The position numbers and the translations under genes are program-made. The notes under the pieces were generated by a model. That model had not been told where the DNA came from. It ran no database searches and worked only from the letters and a program-made list of their open reading frames with translations. Of a stretch of 64,000 nucleotides of DNA, positions 1-9,541 are shown piece by piece (position 1 is the stretch's first letter; every line of letters starts with the position of its first letter). The stretch comes from a virus: the IMG/VR virus record IMGVR_UViG_3300020048_000003; one strand, given 5' to 3'.

Positions 1-291
1 ATTCTTTAAAAGTTACAAAATCAGTCCAAGTAGGTACATATTTATAACCATGATCACCCATAATACAAATATTATCATAAAGTTTGCTTTCTGCTACACA
101 AACTTCATACACATTACCAATTTTTGATAAAACTGTAATCTCTTTTGTATCTCTTGACCAACTTGATACAAAGTCTTGTGTTTTTATACAAACTATTTTT
201 TCTCCTATTTTAAATGGACACCTCATAATGCAAAATTATGAAATAATCTTTAAATAAAAAATTGTTTGAAACAATTTATATATACCAAAAT

Positions 292-1032
292 ATGAAAACA
301 TATAAACAATTTAATGAAGCATATCATTCTAATAATGATGAGAGAATAGATATAAGAGAGTTCTTCGCTAATCTTAAAAAATTCTCTTATGACTTCAAAG
401 ATTATTATAAATTTAAAAGTTTTCTTTTAGATGCAAAGAACAAAATAGATGCTCGTAAATTATTGTTGCATAATAATTTACAATATAGTTTTGATATGTC
501 TTATTTTGGATATACGAATGATTCAGAAACATTTTATATGCCAATAATTGATAACTTAACTAGAGAATTACATAAGATATTTTCATTAATAGTTGATGAA
601 GATTATGAAGAAATTTATGAATACTTTAATAGTGATAAATCTATGAGTAGATTTGAATATATGACACCTAAATATGTTAGTTTTTCAACGAAGACTTATA
701 ATACAGAAAAACTTGCAAGAGCCTTTGAAAAGGATTTTAAACCTTATTATGAGACTAAAATTCGTTCCAATAGAGATGATAAAAAAGAAATTACAAAAAT
801 ACTTGAAAAACTTATAGAAGAATCTAATCTAAGCAAAGATTATAATTTTTCTATGTATGGTGATTGGTTTATTGATGTTCGTATTATAAAGAAAGTAGAA
901 AATACATATACACCAGAAGAAGAATTAAAAATACAAGAAGCAAGAGAATTCGGAATGAGAAAATATGAAATATTAAAATGGCGACAGGATAATAAGGAGA
1001 CATTTATAGACGGAATGAAATATAACTTATGA
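292..1032 (+). CDS. famA (KYNL-family) protein, long member
   Basis: track ORF 262 begins at TTG; first ATG gives MKTYKQFNEA...GMKYNL; stop overlaps next ATG (ATGA). Confidence 0.6.
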   Translation: MKTYKQFNEAYHSNNDERIDIREFFANLKKFSYDFKDYYKFKSFLLDAKNKIDARKLLLHNNLQYSFDMSYFGYTNDSETFYMPIIDNLTRELHKIFSLIVDEDYEEIYEYFNSDKSMSRFEYMTPKYVSFSTKTYNTEKLARAFEKDFKPYYETKIRSNRDDKKEITKILEKLIEESNLSKDYNFSMYGDWFIDVRIIKKVENTYTPEEELKIQEAREFGMRKYEILKWRQDNKETFIDGMKYNL

Positions 1033-1358
1033 AACATATTAAACAATACGAAAATTATAAAGTTAGATACCTCAAAAAAGGAGAGAATATTGGTAATAAA
1101 TTCAATAGAGATGAGTATGTCACTTTGATAAATGATTATGTTAACGGTACTCCCGTAGAAAATATATCTAAACAAGTATTTCAAATAGCAGAAATTCAAA
1201 AACCTAATAAGAATAATATCATATTTAATTGTTTACTTAAATATCCAATAAGTGGTAAATTATATCAGTGGGTGAGAGAAGAAACATTACAATTAGCAAC
1301 AGAAGAACAAGTTGCTAATATAGAATTAGATTATGATGCAAATAAATATAATTTATGA
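1029..1358 (+). CDS. famA small protein
   Basis: MKHIKQYENY...ANKYNL; ATGA coupling both ends. Confidence 0.8.
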   Translation: MKHIKQYENYKVRYLKKGENIGNKFNRDEYVTLINDYVNGTPVENISKQVFQIAEIQKPNKNNIIFNCLLKYPISGKLYQWVREETLQLATEEQVANIELDYDANKYNL

Positions 1359-1609
1359 GATATATAAAACATTTTGAAAATAAAAATAATCCTAATTTTA
1401 AAAAAGGTGATGTTGTTTATATGCAGTACAGAAATATTAAAGGACCTTTAGAATATGGTATACCTTATGTAATTAAATTCTGTAATTTGGATCATTCATC
1501 TGTTTACTATGAAATAGAAGGTACTAATTTAGATTACCTTTTTCCAGAATATATATTTATATCAGAAGAAGAATATTTAGAAAAAATAGCAAATCAATAT
1601 AATCTATGA
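1355..1609 (+). CDS. famA small protein
   Basis: MRYIKHFEN...ANQYNL; ATGA coupling. Confidence 0.8.
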   Translation: MRYIKHFENKNNPNFKKGDVVYMQYRNIKGPLEYGIPYVIKFCNLDHSSVYYEIEGTNLDYLFPEYIFISEEEYLEKIANQYNL

Positions 1610-1902
1610 AATATATTAAAAAATTTGAAGAACAAACAGAATACAAACCTTTTTCATTTAAAGTAGGTGATATTGTAAAAATTATTAGTGATGATAATAG
1701 TGATAGTGAGGTAGTTAATCAAATTCATAAAATAATTGATATAGATGAATATTCTAATCCATATATTTATTTAGTATTATTAGATGATTATAATATAGAT
1801 GGTGAGTGTGATTATTTTAGAAAACAAGATTTACAATTAGCAACATCAGAAGAAATTGAAGAATTTCAATTAAAAATAGATACAAATAAATATAACATAT
1901 GA
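1606..1902 (+). CDS. famA small protein
   Basis: MKYIKKFEE..VGDIV...TNKYNI. Confidence 0.8.
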   Translation: MKYIKKFEEQTEYKPFSFKVGDIVKIISDDNSDSEVVNQIHKIIDIDEYSNPYIYLVLLDDYNIDGECDYFRKQDLQLATSEEIEEFQLKIDTNKYNI

Positions 1903-2177
1903 AATATTTAAAATTATTTGAAGAAGTTGGTGTAGAATTTAAAGTAGGTGATATTGTTAAGTTTTCAGTTGATAAATTAAGAGTACATAACTATGAATTA
2001 ACTGACCTTGAAAAAATGGTATATTATAGAGTAACTGAAATTCACAGAATTATAAATAAAGAAATTTATTATTCAGTACATTCAAAGCAGACAAGCATGT
2101 ATTTTAATGTTGTATTTGCAAATGAAATAGAGAAACTATCTGAATATGAATTAGATGCAATAAGATATAATATATGA
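1899..2177 (+). CDS. famA small protein
   Basis: MKYLKLFEE..VGDIV...YELDAIRYNI. Confidence 0.8.
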   Translation: MKYLKLFEEVGVEFKVGDIVKFSVDKLRVHNYELTDLEKMVYYRVTEIHRIINKEIYYSVHSKQTSMYFNVVFANEIEKLSEYELDAIRYNI

Positions 2178-2491
2178 AACATATAAAACAATTTGAAAAT
2201 TTTGAAGAAGATTTTGAAGAAGAACCAAGAGTTGGGTATTTTGTTATTTGTGAAGTAACTAATTCAGCTATGGGTTCTGCCGCATTAGCCGAGCATGTAA
2301 ATACCAATATAGGAAAAATTACCTCTGTTGATAATTATCAGACTGATTATCCATATCATATATTATATGAAGATTATGCTATAGGTAAAAATTTTGAAAC
2401 AACGGTGGTTTGTAGAGATGAAATAAAATATTTTGCAAAAAATAAAGCGGACTTAGAAACAATAATAGAAGCAGAAAAATATAATATGTAA
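2174..2491 (+). CDS. famA small protein
   Basis: MKHIKQFENF...AEKYNM. Confidence 0.75.
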   Translation: MKHIKQFENFEEDFEEEPRVGYFVICEVTNSAMGSAALAEHVNTNIGKITSVDNYQTDYPYHILYEDYAIGKNFETTVVCRDEIKYFAKNKADLETIIEAEKYNM

Positions 2492-3105
2492 TGATAGAAA
2501 AAACATACGAGAGTTTTTTAGATTTTTTTAAATCACAAAAAAGATTAGGTAGAGAAAGAAGAGAAAGAACTGAGTTTATTATTCAAAATAAACTAAGTAA
2601 AACACGTAAAAAAATTGAAGATTTTGTTAATATAGATTTTAAAAATCTGTTAGAGAAAATATTTCCTGCTTCTCAGAATTTTATGATTGATATGCAAAAT
2701 AGGACTGGTCAAGCAGGCGACTTTAGATTAGCATGGATGATATATATAAGAAAAGATAATTGGGGTAATAATAGATTAATATGGGTAAATCAAAATAATG
2801 AGAATGAAAATGAAAATGGCATTTGGATAAAAATAGAACCTCTATATGATAAGAATAAAAAAACTGGATTTGATGATGAGTTTATTTCATTATTTACATA
2901 TATAGTTGAGACAAATCCTGATCTTGATTATAATTTTTTTGAAAATTCACCACATTATACGTCCTATTATGATTTGACAGATGAAGAAAGAACAAGGCAA
3001 TTTTTTATTCCAATGGATAGATTAAATTTTTTAGATGATTTTAATATAGAAGAGTATAAAGATTGGAAAGAATATAAACAAAATATAATAAAATATAACT
3101 TATAA
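2491..3105 (+). CDS. famA-like divergent long member (204 aa)
   Basis: ends IIKYNL; divergent N-term MIEKTYESF; TAATG overlap with upstream gene. Confidence 0.6.
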   Translation: MIEKTYESFLDFFKSQKRLGRERRERTEFIIQNKLSKTRKKIEDFVNIDFKNLLEKIFPASQNFMIDMQNRTGQAGDFRLAWMIYIRKDNWGNNRLIWVNQNNENENENGIWIKIEPLYDKNKKTGFDDEFISLFTYIVETNPDLDYNFFENSPHYTSYYDLTDEERTRQFFIPMDRLNFLDDFNIEEYKDWKEYKQNIIKYNL

Positions 3106-3158
3106 TATCACGCATATCCGTGATAAATTAAAATATCACGGATATACATGATAAATTA
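3105..3158. repeat. two tandem copies of ~26-nt unit ATCACG(N6)CGTGATAAATTAAAAT, first copy a perfect 6-bp hairpin
   Basis: atcacgcatatccgtgataaattaaaat / atcacggatatacatgataaattaaaat read directly; interrupts famA array. Confidence 0.6.
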
Positions 3159-3171
3159 AAATATATAGTTG

Positions 3172-3453
3172 ATGAAACATATTAAAATATTTGAACATTT
3201 TGAGCATTTTAAGGCTGGAGATTTAGTTAGATTAAAAATCTATTCAATTCCAGAAGATACTGAATACTTAAAGAAATTTGAAGATGATGTGTTTATTATA
3301 ATAGAAATAGATGATAATGATGAATTTCCAGTTACACTTAATTTCTATGACGTAAAAGAAGGAACTGCTCTTGGTTGGTTTGGTAATTTACAAGAAACAA
3401 ATATCAAACATTTAACTGAATATGAATTAGATGCAATAAAATATAACTTATGA
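3172..3453 (+). CDS. famA small protein
   Basis: (M)MKHIKIFEHF..AGDLV...YELDAIKYNL. Confidence 0.75.
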   Translation: MKHIKIFEHFEHFKAGDLVRLKIYSIPEDTEYLKKFEDDVFIIIEIDDNDEFPVTLNFYDVKEGTALGWFGNLQETNIKHLTEYELDAIKYNL

Positions 3454-3600
3454 AATATATAAAATTATTTGAAAATTTAAATAGCAGTATTCCAATTGGA
3501 TATTTTGTAATGTGTCAATATGAAGACCCAAATGGTGCTATGCTAAGACAATAGAAGAAATAGAATTTCTTAGAACAATAAATCAATATAATTTATAGTT
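3454..3600 (+). pseudogene. degenerate famA cassette
   Basis: ATGAAATATATAAAATTATTTGAAAAT start and ...CAATATAATTTATAG end retained but internal stops; ~49 codons. Confidence 0.55.
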
Positions 3601-4072
3601 TATTTATCTTTTTTAACTTTTCAGCACGAACCTGTTTTTCAGTATAAAAATAGTGATATTTTTTTTCTTTTTTTTCTTTTTCTTTTTCTTTTTGTAAAAG
3701 ACTTATTTCATATCTAACAACATCATCTAATTTTTCATTTGCACTTCTTAGACTATAAGAATTTAATGCCATTGATTTAGATTTCATTGATATAAAATAC
3801 ATCAAGGAAAAATAAAAAATAGTAAAACATCCTGAATATAAAAAAAATGTCCAATCTTTACTAAAAATAGTCGCTATGCCAGCAGCAATAGTTAAAATGC
3901 TTGATATTGCAAGTATTAAAAGAAGAAGACCAAACCAAGTTGGAATATCCTGTGGATTACTACTATCACTAACATAATACGACCAACCAAGTGTGGTTTT
4001 CTTTTGAATATAGAAATTATCACCTATTTGATATATTCTATATTGAGATTTTATTTTATCAAATAATTCCAT
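3593..4072 (-). CDS. famB-like protein with 2 predicted TM helices and KEKEKEKKEKK tract
   Basis: IGDNFYIQ N-motif, hydrophobic segments, C-term VRAEKLKKINKL. Confidence 0.55.
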   Translation of the reverse strand: MELFDKIKSQYRIYQIGDNFYIQKKTTLGWSYYVSDSSNPQDIPTWFGLLLLILAISSILTIAAGIATIFSKDWTFFLYSGCFTIFYFSLMYFISMKSKSMALNSYSLRSANEKLDDVVRYEISLLQKEKEKEKKEKKYHYFYTEKQVRAEKLKKINKL

Positions 4073-4289
4073 TTAATCTTTTAAGTTTTATTTTTCTTAA
4101 TTCTTTTTCTGATATAAAATTTGTCCATATTGGGACAATAGGATTTAATCTATTACTATCCCAAGGATCCTTACACATAATGCTTAAGTCTCCCATATTC
4201 ATAATAACTTGATATGTATCATATCTCTTATAAAATATAGAATCTGTTAACGCAACGATTTTATCACCTTCATTATATAGACAAGTCAT
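4059..4289 (-). CDS. famB small protein
   Basis: EGDKIVALTD...ELRKIKLKRLNGII. Confidence 0.7.
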   Translation of the reverse strand: MTCLYNEGDKIVALTDSIFYKRYDTYQVIMNMGDLSIMCKDPWDSNRLNPIVPIWTNFISEKELRKIKLKRLNGII

Positions 4290-4485
4290 TTAATATTTCC
4301 AATTTTTCTTTACGAAATTCACATAATTCTTTAAAAGTACCATTATCATATGCTAATTTTTGACCAATATCATTCTTAATACTGAAAATGAGATATACAT
4401 CCAACCAAGTTTTCTCTTCAATTTGATATATCTTATCTTTTGTGAGATATTGATGTTCTTTTATACAGACTGCTTTCCAACACAT
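4273..4485 (-). CDS. famB small protein
   Basis: WKAVCI...EFRKEKLEILNDLSI. Confidence 0.7.
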   Translation of the reverse strand: MCWKAVCIKEHQYLTKDKIYQIEEKTWLDVYLIFSIKNDIGQKLAYDNGTFKELCEFRKEKLEILNDLSI

Positions 4486-4559
4486 ATTTATTATATACTA
4501 AATTAATCATAATCTTTTAGAAAAAAAATTAATATAAGATTAAAAATAATTTTGTAAAA

Positions 4560-4778
4560 TTGAAAATGATGTGTATAAAAAATGATAAACTACCAAGAAG
4601 TTTGACTTCATTGAAAATATATGATTGTGAAATTATTAAATATCCAACTACAAGTCACAACAGAAACTATTCATTGATAAACGATTATGGATGGTTAGTT
4701 TGCCATTCTAAAAAACATTTTATAACAATTGCGAAAGCAAGAAAATTAAAATTAGAAAAATTGAACAACAATGTATAA
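4560..4778 (+). CDS. famB small protein
   Basis: MKMMCIKND...KARKLKLEKLNNNV. Confidence 0.7.
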   Translation: MKMMCIKNDKLPRSLTSLKIYDCEIIKYPTTSHNRNYSLINDYGWLVCHSKKHFITIAKARKLKLEKLNNNV

Positions 4779-5058
4779 AAAAGACCAAATTCTCCTGTGT
4801 ATAAAAACATATTATAAAAATTCTGATATTATATTAGAATATAATAATGAGTATATTGTGGAAAATTCGTATTTCTCAAAAAATCAACGAAGATTTATAA
4901 AAAATTTAGATATTAACTTACGCACAGTTAATGTTAATAATAACGGATATAGATATACTATTCATTTATTACTACCAATAGAAAAACTTAAAGAACATTT
5001 ATTAACTAAACAACAGATAAGAGAATATAAAATAAGAAAATTAAATGATAGTATCTGA
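4771..5058 (+). CDS. famB small protein
   Basis: ...QQIREYKIRKLNDSI; next ATG inside tail. Confidence 0.7.
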   Translation: MYKKDQILLCIKTYYKNSDIILEYNNEYIVENSYFSKNQRRFIKNLDINLRTVNVNNNGYRYTIHLLLPIEKLKEHLLTKQQIREYKIRKLNDSI

Positions 5059-5352
5059 ACTTAAAAATCATCAATTACTTTGTTGTAAAGAAACATTATA
5101 TACAAATATAGATAAAGATAAAATCATATTCATTAAAAATAAATTATATCCAATTGAAATTTTAGGATTTAAATATCAAAATGATGTTATTAGAATAAGG
5201 ACAGAACTTATAGGTATAGGCGCTTAGGTAATAGTGTATATTTTAATGACTATCCTAGACACGAAAGAGATGATATTTTAGATGTGTCTAAATATTTTTA
5301 TACAGTACAAGAAATAAGACAACAAAAATTAGAAAAAATAAATGTTATATAA
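5045..5352 (+). pseudogene. famB gene with frameshift (N-part ORF 5045-5227 plus famB tail in another frame to 5352)
   Basis: frame shift near 5194-5227; downstream frame encodes ...YFYTVQEIRQQKLEKINVI*. Confidence 0.45.
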
Positions 5353-5656
5353 AAACTTAATTATTAAGACTAAACTTGAAGATGTTGTTGAATTACAAAA
5401 ATATTTATTTAAACTTAAATATTTTTGGTATGACCACCAGTATCATGTAAAAGATAGACAAATAAAGAAATTTAAAAATAATCTACAAGAGTATTTCTAT
5501 ATTGGTGTTGGTAAAAGTTGTGATATTTTTTTTATAGCCAACTATACATTTCCAAGCATAAAAAAAGCCTATGATTATAATAGATATACCATTATTACCT
5601 ATGAACAGTTAATGAGAAAAATTAAAATTAAAAAAATAAACGAATGTCAGAAGTAG
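5342..5656 (+). CDS. famB-like small protein
   Basis: C-term EQLMRKIKIKKINECQK. Confidence 0.6.
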   Translation: MLYKNLIIKTKLEDVVELQKYLFKLKYFWYDHQYHVKDRQIKKFKNNLQEYFYIGVGKSCDIFFIANYTFPSIKKAYDYNRYTIITYEQLMRKIKIKKINECQK

Positions 5657-5976
5657 ATAAATATAAAAAAGGAGATATTGTTATTTGTTATAATACAAAA
5701 GAAGAAGATGATCCTTATATGCAACATGAGGAACATTTAATTGTTGGTAAATTCTATAAAATTCATGGTATTAATTTATTTACAGTACACGAAGGACAGG
5801 ATTATGTGTGGATTGAATTTGAAAATGAAAAAAGAATTGGTTATCCATTAAGATATCCTGGATGTGAGGAATATAATTACTCAGAAGAAGGAACATTTAA
5901 GATTGCCTATTTTGATAGGTTCTTTGCCAATGCAAAAGAAATGCGGAAAGAAAAATTAAAAAAATTAAAAATATAA
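5644..5976 (+). CDS. famB small protein
   Basis: KKGDIVICYN...EMRKEKLKKLKI. Confidence 0.75.
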   Translation: MSEVDKYKKGDIVICYNTKEEDDPYMQHEEHLIVGKFYKIHGINLFTVHEGQDYVWIEFENEKRIGYPLRYPGCEEYNYSEEGTFKIAYFDRFFANAKEMRKEKLKKLKI

Positions 5977-6004
5977 TTTTTAATTTCATTTCTTTTCCAT
6001 ATAT

Positions 6005-6256
6005 TTGTATGAAATTAAAAACATGAAATCCCTTTTGAAAGAAAATATAATTTTTATAATCTTATTGTTAATATCAATAGGGTCCTTATTCTTTATAAGA
6101 GGAAGTGAGAATTCAATATGGTATATTCAAATATGGTTTGTTTGTATATTTGCCCTTTTTTCATTTCGTGAATTTATGTTAATTAAATCAAAAAAATCAA
6201 ATCTAAGAATTATTTACAATAAATATAAAGCAAATGAAACGAAACAAAATTATTAA
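6005..6256 (+). CDS. small membrane protein (2 TM)
   Basis: hydrophobic stretches IIFIILLLISIGSLFFI / IWFVCIFALFSF. Confidence 0.45.
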   Translation: MYEIKNMKSLLKENIIFIILLLISIGSLFFIRGSENSIWYIQIWFVCIFALFSFREFMLIKSKKSNLRIIYNKYKANETKQNY

Positions 6257-6620
6257 ACAAATAAAGAAAGATATCAAAGAACTAGAAGGTATCAAAAAAT
6301 CAGGTTATAAAGATCTAGAAGATGCACATAAACTTCCTGATGATCCATCTATTGGACAAGATGTTTTCAATGATGGTATACTAAACCAAAATCCAGAATT
6401 AAAAATGACTTATGTTGGAAACCGTAATCATACTGTTGGATATTGTGAGGGTGCTATTGTTAAATTGAAAGAAATGATGTTCTTTTTAACTGTTTCTAAA
6501 AAAGAATATAAGAAATATAAAAAAGAACAATCAGAAATTAAAAAACATAACAAAAAAACTTTCAAGAAACTCAAAAAGAAAATAGTTAAAAATGAAAAAC
6601 TGGTTAAAAAAGACAAATAA
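6234..6620 (+). CDS. Lys-rich hypothetical protein
   Basis: 128-aa ORF with KK-rich C-terminus. Confidence 0.45.
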   Translation: MKRNKIIKQIKKDIKELEGIKKSGYKDLEDAHKLPDDPSIGQDVFNDGILNQNPELKMTYVGNRNHTVGYCEGAIVKLKEMMFFLTVSKKEYKKYKKEQSEIKKHNKKTFKKLKKKIVKNEKLVKKDK

Positions 6621-6789
6621 TCAAATATTATTGTTTAATATAACAATATTAACTATACCATTAGTATTTATAAACTTTAGTGGTAATATTATACCTCTTA
6701 TAATAACATTTGGAATATGGATTGTAGGAATATCCTTATCTTTTCTTTTTCGGTATATGTTAAATTACAATGATAAAAATAAAAATTAA
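6592..6789 (+). CDS. small membrane protein
   Basis: 65 aa, two hydrophobic segments. Confidence 0.4.
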   Translation: MKNWLKKTNNQILLFNITILTIPLVFINFSGNIIPLIITFGIWIVGISLSFLFRYMLNYNDKNKN

Positions 6790-6794
6790 AAACT

Positions 6795-7040
6795 ATGTTT
6801 AAATACTCAAATCGTTACAATATTCTCATGCTAATTTCAGCATTTGGTTCAATTATTACTCTACCATTTAATCCTGTGCCAATTATATTGGTTTGGCTAC
6901 TTATTTGCTCATGTATTGCTACAGGCATATTCGCAACGCTTAGTGCAATTAAAGAAGGTAATAAAGGGGATTGGTTTGGTGTTATATGGTTTTTAACAGC
7001 AATAATTTGGGTATATTATATATTTGATAAATTTATATAA
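6795..7040 (+). CDS. small membrane protein (3 TM)
   Basis: 81 aa, almost fully hydrophobic. Confidence 0.5.
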   Translation: MFKYSNRYNILMLISAFGSIITLPFNPVPIILVWLLICSCIATGIFATLSAIKEGNKGDWFGVIWFLTAIIWVYYIFDKFI

Positions 7041-7067
7041 ATCATTTTTTCATATTAATATATAAAT

Positions 7068-7286
7068 ATGAAAAATCTAACACCATTTAATATGTTTTTG
7101 AACGAAAAATTAGGTGATGGCTATACCAGTAAATGTGAATGTGGACACACAACAACATCTAAAGATATGAGATTTGAAGTAGAGCCTACTTATACAAGAG
7201 GTGGTAAAGTTATAGCAATATATACCTGTAAAAAATGTGGAGAATATCACAAAATTCGTACTATTCTCTCACCTGGTGGGTATTAA
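7068..7286 (+). CDS. zinc-ribbon small protein
   Basis: CECGH...29 aa...CKKCGEYH four-Cys pattern. Confidence 0.55.
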   Translation: MKNLTPFNMFLNEKLGDGYTSKCECGHTTTSKDMRFEVEPTYTRGGKVIAIYTCKKCGEYHKIRTILSPGGY

Positions 7287-7300
7287 AATAACCTTATAAT

Positions 7301-7729
7301 TTGAAAACATATGAAAATTTTATAACAGATTTCTTTAAAAAGAATCCTAAGATTGAAAATATCCAATTAGTTGAAGAACTTAATGATGTTTTCTATGATA
7401 CCTTTTTGCCATGTTTTAAAAAAACAACAAAACCAGTCTCAATAGAACCTCTTGTAAAACATGAAGGTAATATAATTGCGCGAACTCATTTTGATACATC
7501 TATTTTTCTTTCAAAAATAGAAAGTCACCATAATAAAATATTTATAGTGTTTTCACAATTCTTTTTACCATATACATATGGTTCACTTAAATTTTTTTAT
7601 GATAAACTTAAAGAACTTACTGAAAGAACTACTGAACCAGATACTACTTTTTTACTTTCAATTGAAAAAACAAGAGAACTTATTGATTTTCTTGAAATGA
7701 GAGATGATATGAATAAATATAACTTATGA
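7301..7729 (+). CDS. famA protein
   Basis: MKTYENF...DDMNKYNL. Confidence 0.75.
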   Translation: MKTYENFITDFFKKNPKIENIQLVEELNDVFYDTFLPCFKKTTKPVSIEPLVKHEGNIIARTHFDTSIFLSKIESHHNKIFIVFSQFFLPYTYGSLKFFYDKLKELTERTTEPDTTFLLSIEKTRELIDFLEMRDDMNKYNL

Positions 7730-7989
7730 AAACTATAAAAAAATTTCAAGAATTTAATAGTAAATTTGAGGACGACTATACTGAAGTTTGGGAAGTAGAT
7801 AAAAATGATAACCTTTCTGGATTTTCTTTATGGTTAACAGATGATGAAATAAATGAATTAGCCGAAAATGATATAATTTTTTATGAAAGAATAGATAAAT
7901 ATGCAGAACCACTATTTAATGAGGATAATAGAGAAAAAGTTGAAGATTTTGTTGAATTAAGACGAAATGCAAAAAAATACAATCTATAA
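7726..7989 (+). CDS. famA small protein
   Basis: MKTIKKFQEF...NAKKYNL. Confidence 0.8.
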   Translation: MKTIKKFQEFNSKFEDDYTEVWEVDKNDNLSGFSLWLTDDEINELAENDIIFYERIDKYAEPLFNEDNREKVEDFVELRRNAKKYNL

Positions 7990-8261
7990 TGAAAATACAA
8001 AGGTTTAATGAGAGTTTAGAGAAAATTGAAAAAAAATACAATAGAACAAGGTATGTAGTTAAAAAAACTAGTGAAAAAGATGGTGATCACCTTAGTATGC
8101 CTTGTCTTACAATTGAAGACGCTGTCTCAGCATATAATAGGGTTTTTTCATATGATGATAATCCAAAAGAGTATGATGTTTACATAGTAGAAGAAAAATT
8201 CAGAATAGTGACGAAAGAAGAAATTGAACTATATTCTTCTACAAATAAATATAATCTATGA
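7989..8261 (+). CDS. famA small protein
   Basis: MKIQRFNES...STNKYNL. Confidence 0.75.
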   Translation: MKIQRFNESLEKIEKKYNRTRYVVKKTSEKDGDHLSMPCLTIEDAVSAYNRVFSYDDNPKEYDVYIVEEKFRIVTKEEIELYSSTNKYNL

Positions 8262-8728
8262 GAACTTACGAATCCTTTATATTTAAAAGAGATAGAAAAA
8301 AAAACTTAATTAAAATCCATCAATTTATTGATGAAGTTAAGAATTTTGTTGAAAAAATTATTGCTAAAAATGAAGATTGGATAGTAGATTTAAAAGATGC
8401 TGACGGTAAATTTGAAACATCAATGAGTGTTGCAACTATTTCAGTTGATGCTTATTATGCAAATCTTATTTTCATTATGATATACTATCATAATAAACAA
8501 GAGTATGTTAATTTTGATATACACAAACAATATAATGATACAGTACCAACACTAAAAAAACTCATAGATTTTTTTGAAGATATATTAAAAGGATATTTAC
8601 TTTTTGGTGATATGGGTGGTAATATTGCAAGATATAAAATAAAAATAGAAGATTTAGATGAAGTATTAAAAGAAATAACAGATGAAAATTTTGACTTTCA
8701 TTCTACAGCAATTGATTATAATCTTTAA
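8258..8728 (+). CDS. famA protein
   Basis: MRTYESF...TAIDYNL; 3' end overlaps convergent famB gene. Confidence 0.7.
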   Translation: MRTYESFIFKRDRKKNLIKIHQFIDEVKNFVEKIIAKNEDWIVDLKDADGKFETSMSVATISVDAYYANLIFIMIYYHNKQEYVNFDIHKQYNDTVPTLKKLIDFFEDILKGYLLFGDMGGNIARYKIKIEDLDEVLKEITDENFDFHSTAIDYNL

Positions 8729-8948
8729 TCTTTAATAATTTTTCTTTACGTATTTCCCTTAATAATTTAAATCTAAAAGCATATCTTTTTATTAGATTAC
8801 CATATCCATTTATAACACCTATTTGTCTAATAGTACTATAATTATCATTAACATATTCTATATGTACAATAATGTAATTAGCGTCTAAAACTAATAATTC
8901 ATCATCTTCCATAGGATTTACATATTTTACCTTATCACCTATTTTCAT
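8703..8948 (-). CDS. famB small protein
   Basis: MKIGDKVKYV...LREIRKEKLLKIKDYNQLL. Confidence 0.75.
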   Translation of the reverse strand: MKIGDKVKYVNPMEDDELLVLDANYIIVHIEYVNDNYSTIRQIGVINGYGNLIKRYAFRFKLLREIRKEKLLKIKDYNQLL

Positions 8949-9312
8949 TCGCTATTTTTTGAAGTTTTTCTTTTCTTTCTTCTTTTTGATAATATTTTGC
9001 ATCAAAAACAAAGTGCCTTACTTTCATTTCAATTTCAACTAATCCTGTTATGGAATTATATCCCCAATCCTCTGGATAACAACTAGTAAACATAACTAAT
9101 CCATTTGGATAGGCTATATTAAATGTATCATAATTTATGAGTCTTTTATAATTTTGATACCAATTTCTAACTGAGTCTAAATTTTTAGAAGATGTTGTAA
9201 ATAATAAAGTTGTATTTCCTAAATATCTAGAAAAATCTTTTTCTATATCTCTATTTATACCATTAGTATAACCTTCAACATCAAATGGTATGTTATTTAT
9301 ATAAGCCTTCAT
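8935..9312 (-). CDS. famB-like protein
   Basis: C-term YYQKEERKEKLQKIANENR. Confidence 0.65.
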   Translation of the reverse strand: MKAYINNIPFDVEGYTNGINRDIEKDFSRYLGNTTLLFTTSSKNLDSVRNWYQNYKRLINYDTFNIAYPNGLVMFTSCYPEDWGYNSITGLVEIEMKVRHFVFDAKYYQKEERKEKLQKIANENR

Positions 9313-9541
9313 TTACTTTCATAATTTTTTTCAGTTTATTTTTACGATAGATTTTTTCTGGTATTACAAATGGCTCGGTGAAATCATTTGTATCACCATA
9401 ATCATCAGCTATCCTATATACTATTTTACCCCATTCATCTAATTTATCTGTATTATCATAAAAGTCTAAAACATGATAACTATTACCAATGGTTAACCTT
9501 AAATCAACACCCTCTCTTTCTTTAACAAATACTACTTTCAT
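9293..9541 (-). CDS. famB small protein
   Basis: MKVVFVKE...LTIGNSYHV...KIYRKNKLKKI. Confidence 0.75.
   Translation of the reverse strand: MKVVFVKEREGVDLRLTIGNSYHVLDFYDNTDKLDEWGKIVYRIADDYGDTNDFTEPFVIPEKIYRKNKLKKIMKVNEGLYK

Noticed and set aside
262-291. Track start of the first ORF at 262
   Set aside because: Position 262 is TTG. An in-frame ATG at 292 gives the canonical family N-terminus MKTYKQF, so I moved the start.
840-1199. Antisense or overlapping track ORFs with low-complexity I/F/L/Y-rich products (840-1199 and 14 further intervals listed below)
   Set aside because: They lie antisense to or out of frame within well-supported family genes, are rich in codons that are A/T-rich complements, and lack family motifs, as expected from AT-rich composition. 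The set is 840-1199, 2104-2307, 3991-4212, 6428-6616, 14346-14552, 16590-16844, 17681-18103, 20036-20284, 22389-22709, 28051-28366, 29457-29699, 38099-38326, 43322-43807, 44447-45060, 50515-50730.
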